From a virus (Duplodnaviria; Caudoviricetes), in the IMG/VR virus record IMGVR_UViG_3300021255_002539, positions 224,001 through 288,000 of that record: a DNA stretch of 64,000 nucleotides, one strand, 5' to 3'. The position numbers and the translations under genes are program-made. Shown piece after piece: positions 9,913-20,477 of this stretch (position 1 is its first letter; every line of letters begins with the position of its first letter). The notes beneath the pieces were generated by a model. It did not search any database. It had not been told where the DNA came from and saw nothing but the letters and a program-made list of their open reading frames with translations.

Positions 9913-11229
9913 ATGAAAAGGAATAGACTTTACAAGGAATCTTCAGAAACCCCCGAATTCGTGAATTCGGACAGACTACGCAAGGAAATCAAGGAAGTGC
10001 TGGAGGAGGAGACTTCTGGCTGGGACGGGACGGACGATGATTCCGTGCAGTACATGAAGGATTCTGCGCCAGACTTCATAGACGAGTATGTGGAGGATGT
10101 TGTTGACGATGCTGTGAAGAGCTTCAACGAACTGGTGCATAGGAACGACACCTCTATGTGGGGCAACTTCAAGGACATCAGATACAACTGGGAGGGCTTC
10201 CACAATGAACTTCCACATGGCTGCACTTTGAAGGAAGTTGTTAAGATGATTGATGCTGGCGAGGACAACGAGATTACCAGGGAGTTCAAGAACTGGGCAG
10301 TTGACTGGTATTTCGAGGCATTTGGCACATATAACTTGAAGTACAAGTGGTCGGAATTCATGGGCGAGGTTGCTGCCGACCATGAATACCAGCAGGAAAG
10401 GGATGCTGAGGATGAGGGCGAATACAATGAGTCCTGCAGAAAGATTCATGACAAAAGAAAGGTCGTGAAGGAGAGCTACGAGGTCTCTGATGATCTTGCA
10501 GATAGGTTGAACTCAATTCTGGCAGACGAGTTTCTTGCGGCGGAATTTTACAAGCTTGCTGAGCTTGCGATGAAGGGCAACAAGCAACACAGGCTGTCTG
10601 AGATTGCTGACGAGAATGGCGAGGACGAACTTGAGGATCACTTCAAGAACCTTTCTGAGTGGATGCAGTCCAAGGGAATCAGGGTTGTCACGAACCACGA
10701 CGAGATGCTTGACATCACCAATGGCAGTGTATTTACTGTGGAGGATGGGGATTCCACTTCTGACATCGTTGACAAGTTGATTCAGTCTGAGGAAGAGGCT
10801 ATTGAGGCATACGAAAACCTGATTCCTGACACTGACTTGGATTTGCGCGTCATGCTTTGTGGTTTCTTGAAGGACGAGCGGGAGCATCTAAAGGCATTGA
10901 CTGACGCAAAGGACGAGATGGGTGGTGGCAGCAGGTACGATGGCGAGGACAAGCCAAAGCACACCATATACGAGGGTGGACGAATGTCAAGGCATGAAGT
11001 TGAGCCAAACTACGAGGTATACAAGGCAGTTGACATTCAATGGGATGTTGACGATGAAGAGGATTTGGATGAACTTCCGACAGAAATGGAGGTTGAAGTT
11101 CCAAGGGATGTCATACGCGATGGCGAGGAAGCTGTGGAGGAATATGTTTCAGATGCAATTACTGATGAAACTGGATTCTGCCACAATGGCTTCTACTTGA
11201 GGGAGTTTTCCAAGCCTGTGAGGAGATGA
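9913..11229 (+). CDS. acidic multidomain protein containing a ferritin-like diiron domain
   Basis: LNSILADEFLAAEFY...DELEDH...EEEAIEAYE...LKDEREH four-helix-bundle pattern. Confidence 0.75.
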   Translation: MKRNRLYKESSETPEFVNSDRLRKEIKEVLEEETSGWDGTDDDSVQYMKDSAPDFIDEYVEDVVDDAVKSFNELVHRNDTSMWGNFKDIRYNWEGFHNELPHGCTLKEVVKMIDAGEDNEITREFKNWAVDWYFEAFGTYNLKYKWSEFMGEVAADHEYQQERDAEDEGEYNESCRKIHDKRKVVKESYEVSDDLADRLNSILADEFLAAEFYKLAELAMKGNKQHRLSEIADENGEDELEDHFKNLSEWMQSKGIRVVTNHDEMLDITNGSVFTVEDGDSTSDIVDKLIQSEEEAIEAYENLIPDTDLDLRVMLCGFLKDEREHLKALTDAKDEMGGGSRYDGEDKPKHTIYEGGRMSRHEVEPNYEVYKAVDIQWDVDDEEDLDELPTEMEVEVPRDVIRDGEEAVEEYVSDAITDETGFCHNGFYLREFSKPVRR

Positions 11230-11275
11230 TATGCCAAGATTGGGTGATTCAATGGAGGATTTCTGAAGGTTTTTT

Positions 11276-11282
11276 GTAAATA
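11276..11282 (+). promoter_or_regulatory. putative late promoter GTAAATA
   Basis: Intergenic, upstream of 11359. Confidence 0.6.
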
Positions 11283-11358
11283 ATGATTGAACATTCGATG
11301 TGAGAGGACTAGTCCATAAGATTGTTCAAAAACAAACTACTCTATAGAGGAAACTACA

Positions 11359-12387
11359 ATGAAGAAACTAAACATTACGAAGAAGCAGTACGACGAGAGC
11401 AAGTACTTCACGAAGAAGTATGGTGCCATCAAGTTCGTATCTGAATCTGGCAAGCACTTCAAGACCGACAAGGGTGTTGTCCTGGCTCTGGAGGGCACTG
11501 AGGAACCAATGAAGGAAGATGGCGACAGCATCATGGACCGCCAGCTGGACGACAACCAGGAAGCTGACAAGAAGGAGGGTGGCGACAACGAGGGTGACAT
11601 CACCCGCGGCGAACTCACTGACATGCTCAAGGATGTCGTGAAGGAAGTCGAGAAGGTTTGCGACGAGCAGGACATTTCCTTTGAGGATGTTGCTGGCATC
11701 GAGAAGCCCGAGGGTGAGTCCGACGAGGAAGCCGACAAGGACGAGGTGGTTGCCACCAAGGACGAGGTTGCAGAGGTTCTCGCTGGGGTCATTGACACGG
11801 TCGAGAAGGTTGCTGACCAGAACGACATCGAACTCCCTGAGGAGGACGAGGAAGCCGATGGTGAGGATGGTGATGGTGATGCTGGCGATGAGAAGAAGGA
11901 CGATGGCGAAGATGAAGTCACCGTCGACGAGGGTTGCGACTGTGGCAAGAAGGATTGCCCAGAGTGTAATCCAGACAAGAAGCCAGCCACCGAGGGTTGT
12001 GAGGATGGCAAGTGCTGCCCAACTTGTGGTGCTCCAATGAAGAAGGAGTGTGGTCCCGCATGCGAGTGTGGCGACAACAAGCCTGACAAGTTCATGGAGG
12101 CCCGCAAGTCCCGTAGGGCGAAGCTTGTCCGTGAGGCAATCCGTCGTCGCCGTGCTCAGAAGGTGCGCGAGAGCATCGCCCGTCGGGCCAAGGTCCGCAA
12201 GGTTCTTGAGAGCATCCGCAAGCGTCGGCTCGCCAAGAAGGTGATGGAGAGCATTCGCCGTCGCCGTGCGATGAAGAAGGTGATGGAATCCCGCAAGGCC
12301 CGTGTTCTCGCAGCACGCAAGGACCGCAAGGTGATGGAGTCCGTCCGCGCCCGCCGTGCGGCCCGCATGCGCCGTCTGGCCAAGTAA
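11359..12387 (+). CDS. putative prohead core/internal head protein (acidic middle, Cys cluster, Arg-rich repeated tail)
   Basis: Strong codon bias; seven (V/L/F)xE-(S/A)-basic units at the C-terminus; N-terminal leader shared with 24159. Confidence 0.6.
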   Translation: MKKLNITKKQYDESKYFTKKYGAIKFVSESGKHFKTDKGVVLALEGTEEPMKEDGDSIMDRQLDDNQEADKKEGGDNEGDITRGELTDMLKDVVKEVEKVCDEQDISFEDVAGIEKPEGESDEEADKDEVVATKDEVAEVLAGVIDTVEKVADQNDIELPEEDEEADGEDGDGDAGDEKKDDGEDEVTVDEGCDCGKKDCPECNPDKKPATEGCEDGKCCPTCGAPMKKECGPACECGDNKPDKFMEARKSRRAKLVREAIRRRRAQKVRESIARRAKVRKVLESIRKRRLAKKVMESIRRRRAMKKVMESRKARVLAARKDRKVMESVRARRAARMRRLAK

Positions 12388-12416
12388 TCCGACATATAGT
12401 TTCGGGTAAACATAAC

Positions 12417-12441
12417 GGGGCATCTTTTGATGCCTCGTTTT
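12417..12441 (+). terminator. intrinsic terminator
   Basis: GGGGCATC-TTTT-GATGCCTC followed by GTTTTGCTTTT. Confidence 0.75.
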
Positions 12442-12480
12442 GCTTTTGGTGTGTTGATGTTCTGAAATCCCAAAAGAATG

Positions 12481-12487
12481 GTAAATA
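12481..12487 (+). promoter_or_regulatory. putative late promoter GTAAATA
   Basis: Downstream of the terminator, upstream of the giant recoded gene. Confidence 0.6.
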
Positions 12488-12519
12488 CCACATAGACAAT
12501 TCAGGGAACATAGACACAG

Positions 12520-15500
12520 ATGAACACATCATTGACAAGACCACAGTCCCTTTAGGAACTATACAAGACATACTTCGCCTTTGCGAACAAGTTTCAGTTC
12601 ACTGCCCTTCTGAGGAACTACATTCAGAACGAGGAATGGAAGGACAAGAGCCAGGAGAGGGTATGGTCGTTGATTTCGAGGATATCGGACGATCTTGGGG
12701 CAGTCTTCACGGACGACATCGTGAACTATACGCGCAATGTCGTGGATGTGAACACCTGCAAGGTTCCTCAGTTCCTGGAGCAGTGCAAGATGTTGTCCTA
12801 CAATCTGGAGCACATCAAGAACTCGTATGGGTTCTTCCCCAAGCAGATACAGTGCCTGGTGGACTTGTTCTCTGTGAACCCAGAGTATCTGATTGGCAAC
12901 TCCAGCAACCACATCCTCTCTGACCAGGTAATCAAGGAGATATTGGTGTACATCAAGGATAATGCCACATCTACTGTGACATTCACGAACCAGGATGTTG
13001 TGGACAGGCTGATTGACGATCCGCATGGACTGGTCGATGGCGACAACTACTACAACTTCGTCGTGTCGCTTTTCTACACTACATTGGTGGAGGCGTTGTC
13101 GGCGAAGTACTCAGACGAGGATGGTCAGCCAATCGTGTTCAACTTGTTGTGGTGGGAGATGTAGAACAGGGACATCATACTGGACAACTTGAAGGGCTAC
13201 AAGTCCTGGGTGGACAGGTACATCTCCAACGAGATTGAGCATCCCCTGAACGACCAAGGTCTACAGAACACGATATGGAGCACGGTCCAGGCGGTCAAGA
13301 ATCAGAAGAAGATGTCCCCAAGGTTCAACCCATTCAAGTTGGCAGACGAAATCTACTTCAATGGCTTGAACCCCACCAACAAGCTGACTTAGGACGAATT
13401 GGATCTCATTGGGACTGTGCTTGACTACCACGCGAGGACGAAGTACAACTATCAGGAGTAGTAGTTCTCGGACGACCAAAGCACGCAATTCGCCTACTAC
13501 CGAGAGCTTGAGTTTTGTGGATATGTGAAGATGGTGATGTTCGTCCTGAACAACTTGAACAGCTTTGACTTGTCCAACTTGTCCTACGATGTCCCCACCA
13601 ACAAGTTCATACAATATGGCACGGACGATTGCCTGAAGGTGGCTTAGATATTCAACGATGGTGAGGGGCATTTGGTGCAGATGCCAAATGGGGATGTCGC
13701 CTTGAACCACAAGGATGTCGTGTTGAGGGTGGCGAAGTTCCTGGCAAACTATGTCTTCCACATACAGCATCTGAGGGAGAACGCGAAGACGATTGCCTGC
13801 AAGCATGCGATGAGGGGTACTGCTGGGTTGCTCGCGCATGTTGTGAACGACTATCTGGTGAAGGAATTGCCATCTGTGAGGGACAACTTGCTTCAGGGCT
13901 CTGATGTGGACATTCGGTTCCAATGGGAGATTCAGCCAGACAAGTTCCTCAACTATGGCAATGTGAAGGTATTGGAGTACATGGACGACAACGAGTACTT
14001 CAACATAGACCCAATAGAGGATGTGAGGTTCACCGAGAGGACGAACGCGAGGTATTGGGAGAAGTTGTCGGAGATTGGCTATGACGAGTCTCTTGGCGCA
14101 TTGACGAAGCGCGAGATACACGACCTATACGCCAATGTACTTGGAATTGGGAAGCTTCAGCCAGACAGGGAGAGTTCGTTTGACGATGTTCAGGACTTCC
14201 TGGTGGACTTGTTCAAGATTGGCGCGAACCCAGTGAAGTGGGACTTCGGTGATGGGGACTTCATGAATCCAATAGACTACGATCCATTGAGGGATGCGGT
14301 CTACGATGTCGAGGGCAAGTATGGCTACACAAAGGCCGAGAGGATGAAGGTTCAGACCAACACGGGGCTGAGGAAGAACCAGGAGGCGCAGTTCCTGGAG
14401 TATAGTGGTCAGAATCTGGAGGACGATGCCATACAGGGCATATACGACTACATGAACAACCAGTTGTTCTATTGGAAGAACACCGACTACTCGTCCCATG
14501 TCCTGCACCCGTTCATGTACAACCTCAAGTTGTGGAACCGCCTGGACAACATCATAGTCAACGGCTATAGGGACTACATCAACAACGACCTGGTGAAGCA
14601 CATGTCCTCCAAGGTGAAGTTCGACGAGTTGGTTGGGGAGTTTGGCGAGTGCAGAAGGTTCTGGAAGTACAATGTGGTGGACATGACAGGCTACACCACC
14701 AGATACGAGGCTGCCGTGAAGGACGAACACAAGGACGACGCCAACAAGACGACGAGCCAATTGACTGGGTACGATGGGTTGTTCTACCCAGACGCAGCAT
14801 TGGAGTTCCTTCGGATATACGCAGACGAGAGGTCAACATCGACAGGAGAGAGGTTCCAGATTCCAACTTGGTTCTTCGTCAACCCACAGGATCTTCTGGA
14901 TTCGCAGAAGACCGAATTGTTGGAATACTTCAAGTCCCACGCATTCATCAGAGCGATACACTCAATCTACTGGCAATTGTCTGGTGGGGTGCCCAATTTC
15001 GCGGAGTATGCGGTGAGCCGATTCTACCTTGATTGGTACTCGCACCTCAACTACACGAGGGCTGAGTATCAGAAGATTGCTATGCAGTTGTGGTATTGGC
15101 GGGACAGGGTCAAGGAGCTGATTCAGACCGAGTACCCAATCAAGAAGTACTGTCTGGACATCCAAGGCAACTCCCTGTTGTTGGTATCCACATTCGGTCC
15201 GGACGAGGTGGATTCGAACAGATTTCTGATAGACCTGCAAATCGAGCAGAACAGGGTGCAGACAGAGGCGAATGGCAACTTGAACATCCATGTGCCATTC
15301 TGCGAGGACAAGCTCGTGCAGCCCAGTGAGATGTGGGTGAGGTGGAAGTCAAACCCAATCGCTTTCCCAGCATTCGACATAGAGTGGAACCAGAAGACTG
15401 GCGACCAGCAATTCGACTTGAACTTCAGAAAGGACGACGACAACACCGAGATGGGGCAGTTGACCCACGCCAACAACGACTGCAACGACGACTTCCATGT

Positions 15501-18500
15501 GGTGATTGAGGACTGGCTGGCGAAGTATGGGGACAAGATCAATTGGGAGAGGGGTGGCTCAAACAGGCTGCCGGTGTTCTTCGACATGGAGCAATCTGCG
15601 AATGTGTTGGCGTTGGCGTCCTGGCACACATTCCAGAGGAAGGTGGATGGGGTGGCCGAACTGGACGAACTCGGAAACCCAATGTACGAGACCCTTTGTG
15701 GAAAGAACCCGCTTCACATATTCTCGGTGGAGAGGACAAGCACATCCACATTGGAGTACAATTGGACGAAGTACATCCAGTCAAACGACAAGATCTTCGC
15801 AGAGGATTACCTCAAGGGAATGCTTTTCGACGCATACCACTATTGCCCCGCGAATGGAACGCTTATGGTGCCACTCTACAGATTCACCTGTTCAGATTCA
15901 GATGACTAGGGGGACATCCACGGGCAGAAGGTGGATATCAACATGTGGTTCATTCCTGCGCAAATACTCAAAGACGACAGGTTCGTGGCGCAAAGGCGGA
16001 TATTCATGGATCGACCATCCAACTCTCCCTTGGACTTGAACCAGCTTCTGGATGCTGGGTAGAACGCAAGCAGGTTCCTGTTCGATCACCCAGTGAAGGT
16101 GTGCAGGAACACCAACCTCGTTTTCTCGCCATATGAGGACCAGAATGGGATGAACAAGGTGAAGTGCGCGTTCCTGGGCGTGTATATGGACAAGACGCCA
16201 GATCTGAAGAAGGACAACCACAACATCAAGTCGATATCCTTCAATACTGGCAATGGAGCCACCAGATACGAATACGACTCGCAATCTCCACTTGACCTTG
16301 GGTTGGTGAAGAACGGGTACTACATGCAGAACGACATCGCTGACATATACGAAGGTACTGATCCAGACTGCTGGCCAGATGGCGATTTCAGAAAGCGCAG
16401 GTACATCGACCAGGGGATATCGAGGGAATGCTTCAACTCATACGACTCCAACGACAAGTATGTGTTCGTCTTGGAATTTCAGCAATCTGTGGACAACGCC
16501 ATTCTGTTCAACAACTCCAGTGACCTCCCGATGGCATATGCCTACAACATACTGTCGGATGCTGGCTACATCCCCCACTTCGCGTACCAATCCCTCGTGA
16601 AGTACAAGGGCGATGTCGATGGAACAGCATATACATGGGAGAGCAAGTACTTGTCTGGCAAGGATCACCTTCAGTTCGAGTTGCTGGGTCTGGACGACAA
16701 GCAGATTCCATTGGCCTACGAGAACATGGAGAGGATGATCGTTGAGGACACCACAGACGATTGCCGCACCATAGTGAACCCAGCCAAGTTGATGGAGGAC
16801 ATCTACCGAGTGTGGTGCGAGACCAAGGGAGTGAAGTAGAACCCAGAGGACCAGTACGAGTCCTACTTCGAGAACGAGTACAAGGGATACGACAACCCAG
16901 AACTGGAGTTTGACGACGACAACGAGGCTGTTTGGGACGACACCGAGGACTTTGAGCTGACATTGCCATAGTTGAACGACCCATACGCATACGACAATCC
17001 AGATGTGTTCAGAAGGTTGCTTGACGAGTACTACATCACAGTGGTCCGGACAGACAATGGGGAGTTGGCGAACGAGAGGAAGTACATTCTGCCCCCAACC
17101 AGCATATCCGAACTTCTGTTCAACAACGACGCCTCCACCAACGATGGCTATGTGAGGTGTTCTGGGTTGGTGGAATACGCAGATCCAACGGTTCAGGACA
17201 ACCACTATGTCCCAGAGCAAGTCGTGTTCACGGGCACCCAAAACCCCTTCGCCTACGACCAGGAGGGCAATCGGGTGTACTCCAAGTCAGAACTGCTCCA
17301 ATATGGCAATGGCATTAGGGGCGTGGACGACATCTATGTTGGATTCGACATCAGAACTGAGGATGGCGAGGAACCAATTCGGGACAAGCAAGGCAACATA
17401 GTGTCCGAAGAAGAGGTAGTGGCGGGGCGGATAGTGGTGAATGTGCATACCAGACCGGTTCAACACAAGTTCATCAGACCAATCGTCAAGTTCAAGAAGT
17501 CCCTTAGACCATTGGATGCCAAGAACCCAAGCTTGGTTGACAGGTTGCACAACGAGCAGAACATTATACCTGCTGGCTCAATTAGGGTGATACTCTCGCA
17601 CAGAAACATGGACAACCTGGCGAAGTACCACATCCTCAACACATCGTCCAACCTCTACTTCAATGGCTCCTTGCCAAAGAATGGATTGAACCAGTTCAAG
17701 TACTCAGACTTCAAGTTCTCCAAGACCGTGCATCTTGAGCAAACCGATGATGGGTGGAAGTCCACGGAGAATGACGCCAAGGGCAATCCAGTACTGGAAT
17801 TCACCAACGAACAGATTTCTGGCCAGATTCCACCATATTCGGTTTCCATCAACAAGGGCAAGGTTGCTGAATTGTGGTATCTTGAACAAGATGGCATTCA
17901 AGGCGATGGCGAACATCAAATAGAACCAGGAAGAAGGGGATTTGACCACTTCCAGGAGAATGGACCAACCTATCCAATCCCAGATGTTGGTGGATTCAAG
18001 TGGGCGCATCTGGCGAAGGAAGTGCCACTCAGATACCTCGACTACCTCTATATCAAGCGCGGAAGGCTGTCCTTCAAGATAAGCGAGGAATCCGAGTCCT
18101 TCACAGACTTGATGTCCAGGCTGCCATCCTTCCACATAGACGATGAATTGAGGAACAAGATGGCGGATTTGAACGATGTGCAGATCCTCAAGGACTACTC
18201 CACATTCGTCCACCAAAGCGAGAACCCAGAGGTTGTCCGAGCATGCGGCAGCTTCAATCCACTGTTGGTGAACTCGATTGTGCGTCCTGGCGTGAAGTAG
18301 ATGGAGACCCATAGGTATCTGCTCAAGGAGAATCAGAGTTCAGATGGCATCTTCCAATTGGACGAGAATGGACACCCAATCGAGATAGGCGACGATGGCA
18401 AACCACTTAGGTACGACGAAGATGGCAATGTACTCAATCCACTGCCAATCGAGGTGATTTGCGCCAACGAAGGAGGTGAGCCGAACACCATGATTGAACT

Positions 18501-19728
18501 CAGCACAGGGAATACAGCAATCCCCCTCATGCTCCAGTTCGAGGATGGAGAGCTTGACGACTACCTCAAGATATACGCCAACTATGTCAGGGTTCAGGAC
18601 AAGCACGGGGACTTCCACTACGATCTCTACTTCAACATCCAGAACCTGTTCAACTCCCCATTCGAGTACATATCCACCGTGACGAAGCAACCCAATGTGC
18701 TGGTCATCCCAGACTCCTACCTCTACTTGACTGGCGACAAGTACACCGACCAAGGAGACCACAACGAGGTTGACGCCGACAAGATGAAGGTCATCAAGGA
18801 TGGTGGGGAGCTGTCCATATATGGGCAGGTCAAGACATATTCTGATTGCTTGCTCTCTGACGCCAAGACAATCAAGATGTTCACATACAGGATATACAAC
18901 ATCTCTGACGACAAGCCCAAGTTCCTCATCCAGAAGACCTTTGACATCACCAAGTCCTCCCTCAGGAACAATATTGAGAGGAAGGTGGAGGTGAAGTTCT
19001 CGGATGTGCTGTGGACGATTGACGAGAACCAGTTTGAGTTTGCAGATGCCAACCTCAAGGACGATTTCAGAATACTGAACCAGGATGTTGTCGTTGTCCA
19101 ACCAATCCACATCAACTGCCATTGGGACAAGGACGACGACTCCAGGGTACGGACGCTATCCTTCGACATCATGCACGACACCATAGACTTCGCCAATGTC
19201 CCTGCGCTGGGTCCATATTGGATGCAGGCCAGGACATTGAACTGCGAGGTGATGTAGACAGAGGATGTTGGCGACAAGGTGTTCAAGAAGCCCTACTACG
19301 ACCATTGGTCTGACTCGAACATGAGGTTGGTTGTTGACGAGAACACTGGAATCCCCAGGCTCACATTGACCTTCAACGACGATGCTGACTTCAACTTCGA
19401 GACCATATACCTGAAGTGGGTTCTGCCAAAGGGCTGCAGGATAATGGACAGCATCGACAGAATGGGTGGGTATGTGTTCAGTTCCACGCCTATGAACATA
19501 GTCGCCGACTGTGGAAATGCTGCCGTCGTTCCCCAGATTGAGACTTCCACTGGACACATAGTGGCTCGGGTCAAGAGACCAGACAGAATGTACCTCGGGC
19601 TGGAACATTCCTCCACCCAGAGGATGAATGGGTATGTCATATCGAACTTGGCAGAGGAAATTCACAAGGCATTGGTGAGGGGCGAGAGGAACCCAACACT
19701 TGAAGGAACAGACAGAAATGGAGGTTGA
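12520..19728 (+). CDS. giant (~2,400 aa) putative virion structural protein, possibly baseplate (12 in-frame TAG)
   Basis: Seven track ORFs (12670, 13189, 13672, 16093, 16972, 18301, 19279) share one frame. Gaps contain only TAG (12553, 13162, 13390, 13459, 13462, 13645, 15907, 16060, 16837, 16969, 18298, 19255); ends at TGA. Start could also be ATG 12478. Function is inferred. Confidence 0.8.
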
Positions 19729-20420
19729 TGCAAATGGCTGACATGGAACTATTGAACAAGTCGATGATCAAGAAGTACAAGCTCGACGACACCATACTTG
19801 AGTCGTACTTCAAGGACGAGAAGAACCACAATGTCTCTGGCATGACATTCCCATTGAGGATTGACAACAGACAATATTGCTCCCCAACTGACTATCAGGG
19901 GTCGAAGCCATCGTGTTGTGGGTACTCCACCGCACAGATACTCGAATCCCTCAATTGGATACGGACTGGGAAGATTGTGCAGATGGATGCCGACCAAATC
20001 TACGCAAAGTGCAAGGAAGTGGACAAGCAGATGGGTCAAGGCGGCACATACCCCGACCTGGCGATGGCAAAGGGACTTGAATTGGCGAAGGGGATGAAGA
20101 GCAAGTACGAGGTGAAGACATCCACAAAACGGGAGATTGACATCCTGAAGAGGGCAATCCACCAGAACATGTTCGTCTCTGTGAACATGATCGTGACAAA
20201 GGACATATACGACCTGGATGGGAACAACTTCGTCTACCAGGGCAATGGGGCGAAGGCTGGTGGACATTCCCTCGTCTGCTGTGGATACGACGACCCCTCC
20301 CAAATGGTGATTCTGCAGAACCATTGGGGCGTGGATTGGGGGTTGAAGGGCTTTTTCCTCTGCCCATATGACGTTTGGAAAAAGCAGTGCAACATCTTTT
20401 GTTGGTACGAGAGAATTTGA
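19728..20420 (+). CDS. papain-like cysteine protease (peptidase C1 family)
   Basis: QGSKPSCCGYS (Gln/Cys), GGHSL (His), QNHWGVDWGLKG (Asn); TGATG overlap with the upstream gene. Confidence 0.9.
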   Translation: MQMADMELLNKSMIKKYKLDDTILESYFKDEKNHNVSGMTFPLRIDNRQYCSPTDYQGSKPSCCGYSTAQILESLNWIRTGKIVQMDADQIYAKCKEVDKQMGQGGTYPDLAMAKGLELAKGMKSKYEVKTSTKREIDILKRAIHQNMFVSVNMIVTKDIYDLDGNNFVYQGNGAKAGGHSLVCCGYDDPSQMVILQNHWGVDWGLKGFFLCPYDVWKKQCNIFCWYERI

Positions 20421-20430
20421 TGTTATAATT

Positions 20431-20437
20431 GTAAATA
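20431..20437 (+). promoter_or_regulatory. putative late promoter GTAAATA (preceded by TATAAT)
   Basis: gttataattgtaaatag, same arrangement as at 6301-6314. Confidence 0.6.
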
Positions 20438-20477
20438 GATGCGAACATAACCAATTTCAACAAAAAGGTAAACAGAA

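Noticed and set aside
11337-12423. Long antisense ORFs (also 7218-8168, 20457-21689, 47431-48495, 59740-60882)
   Set aside because: Shadows of strongly codon-biased real genes; no SD, promoter or recognisable motifs
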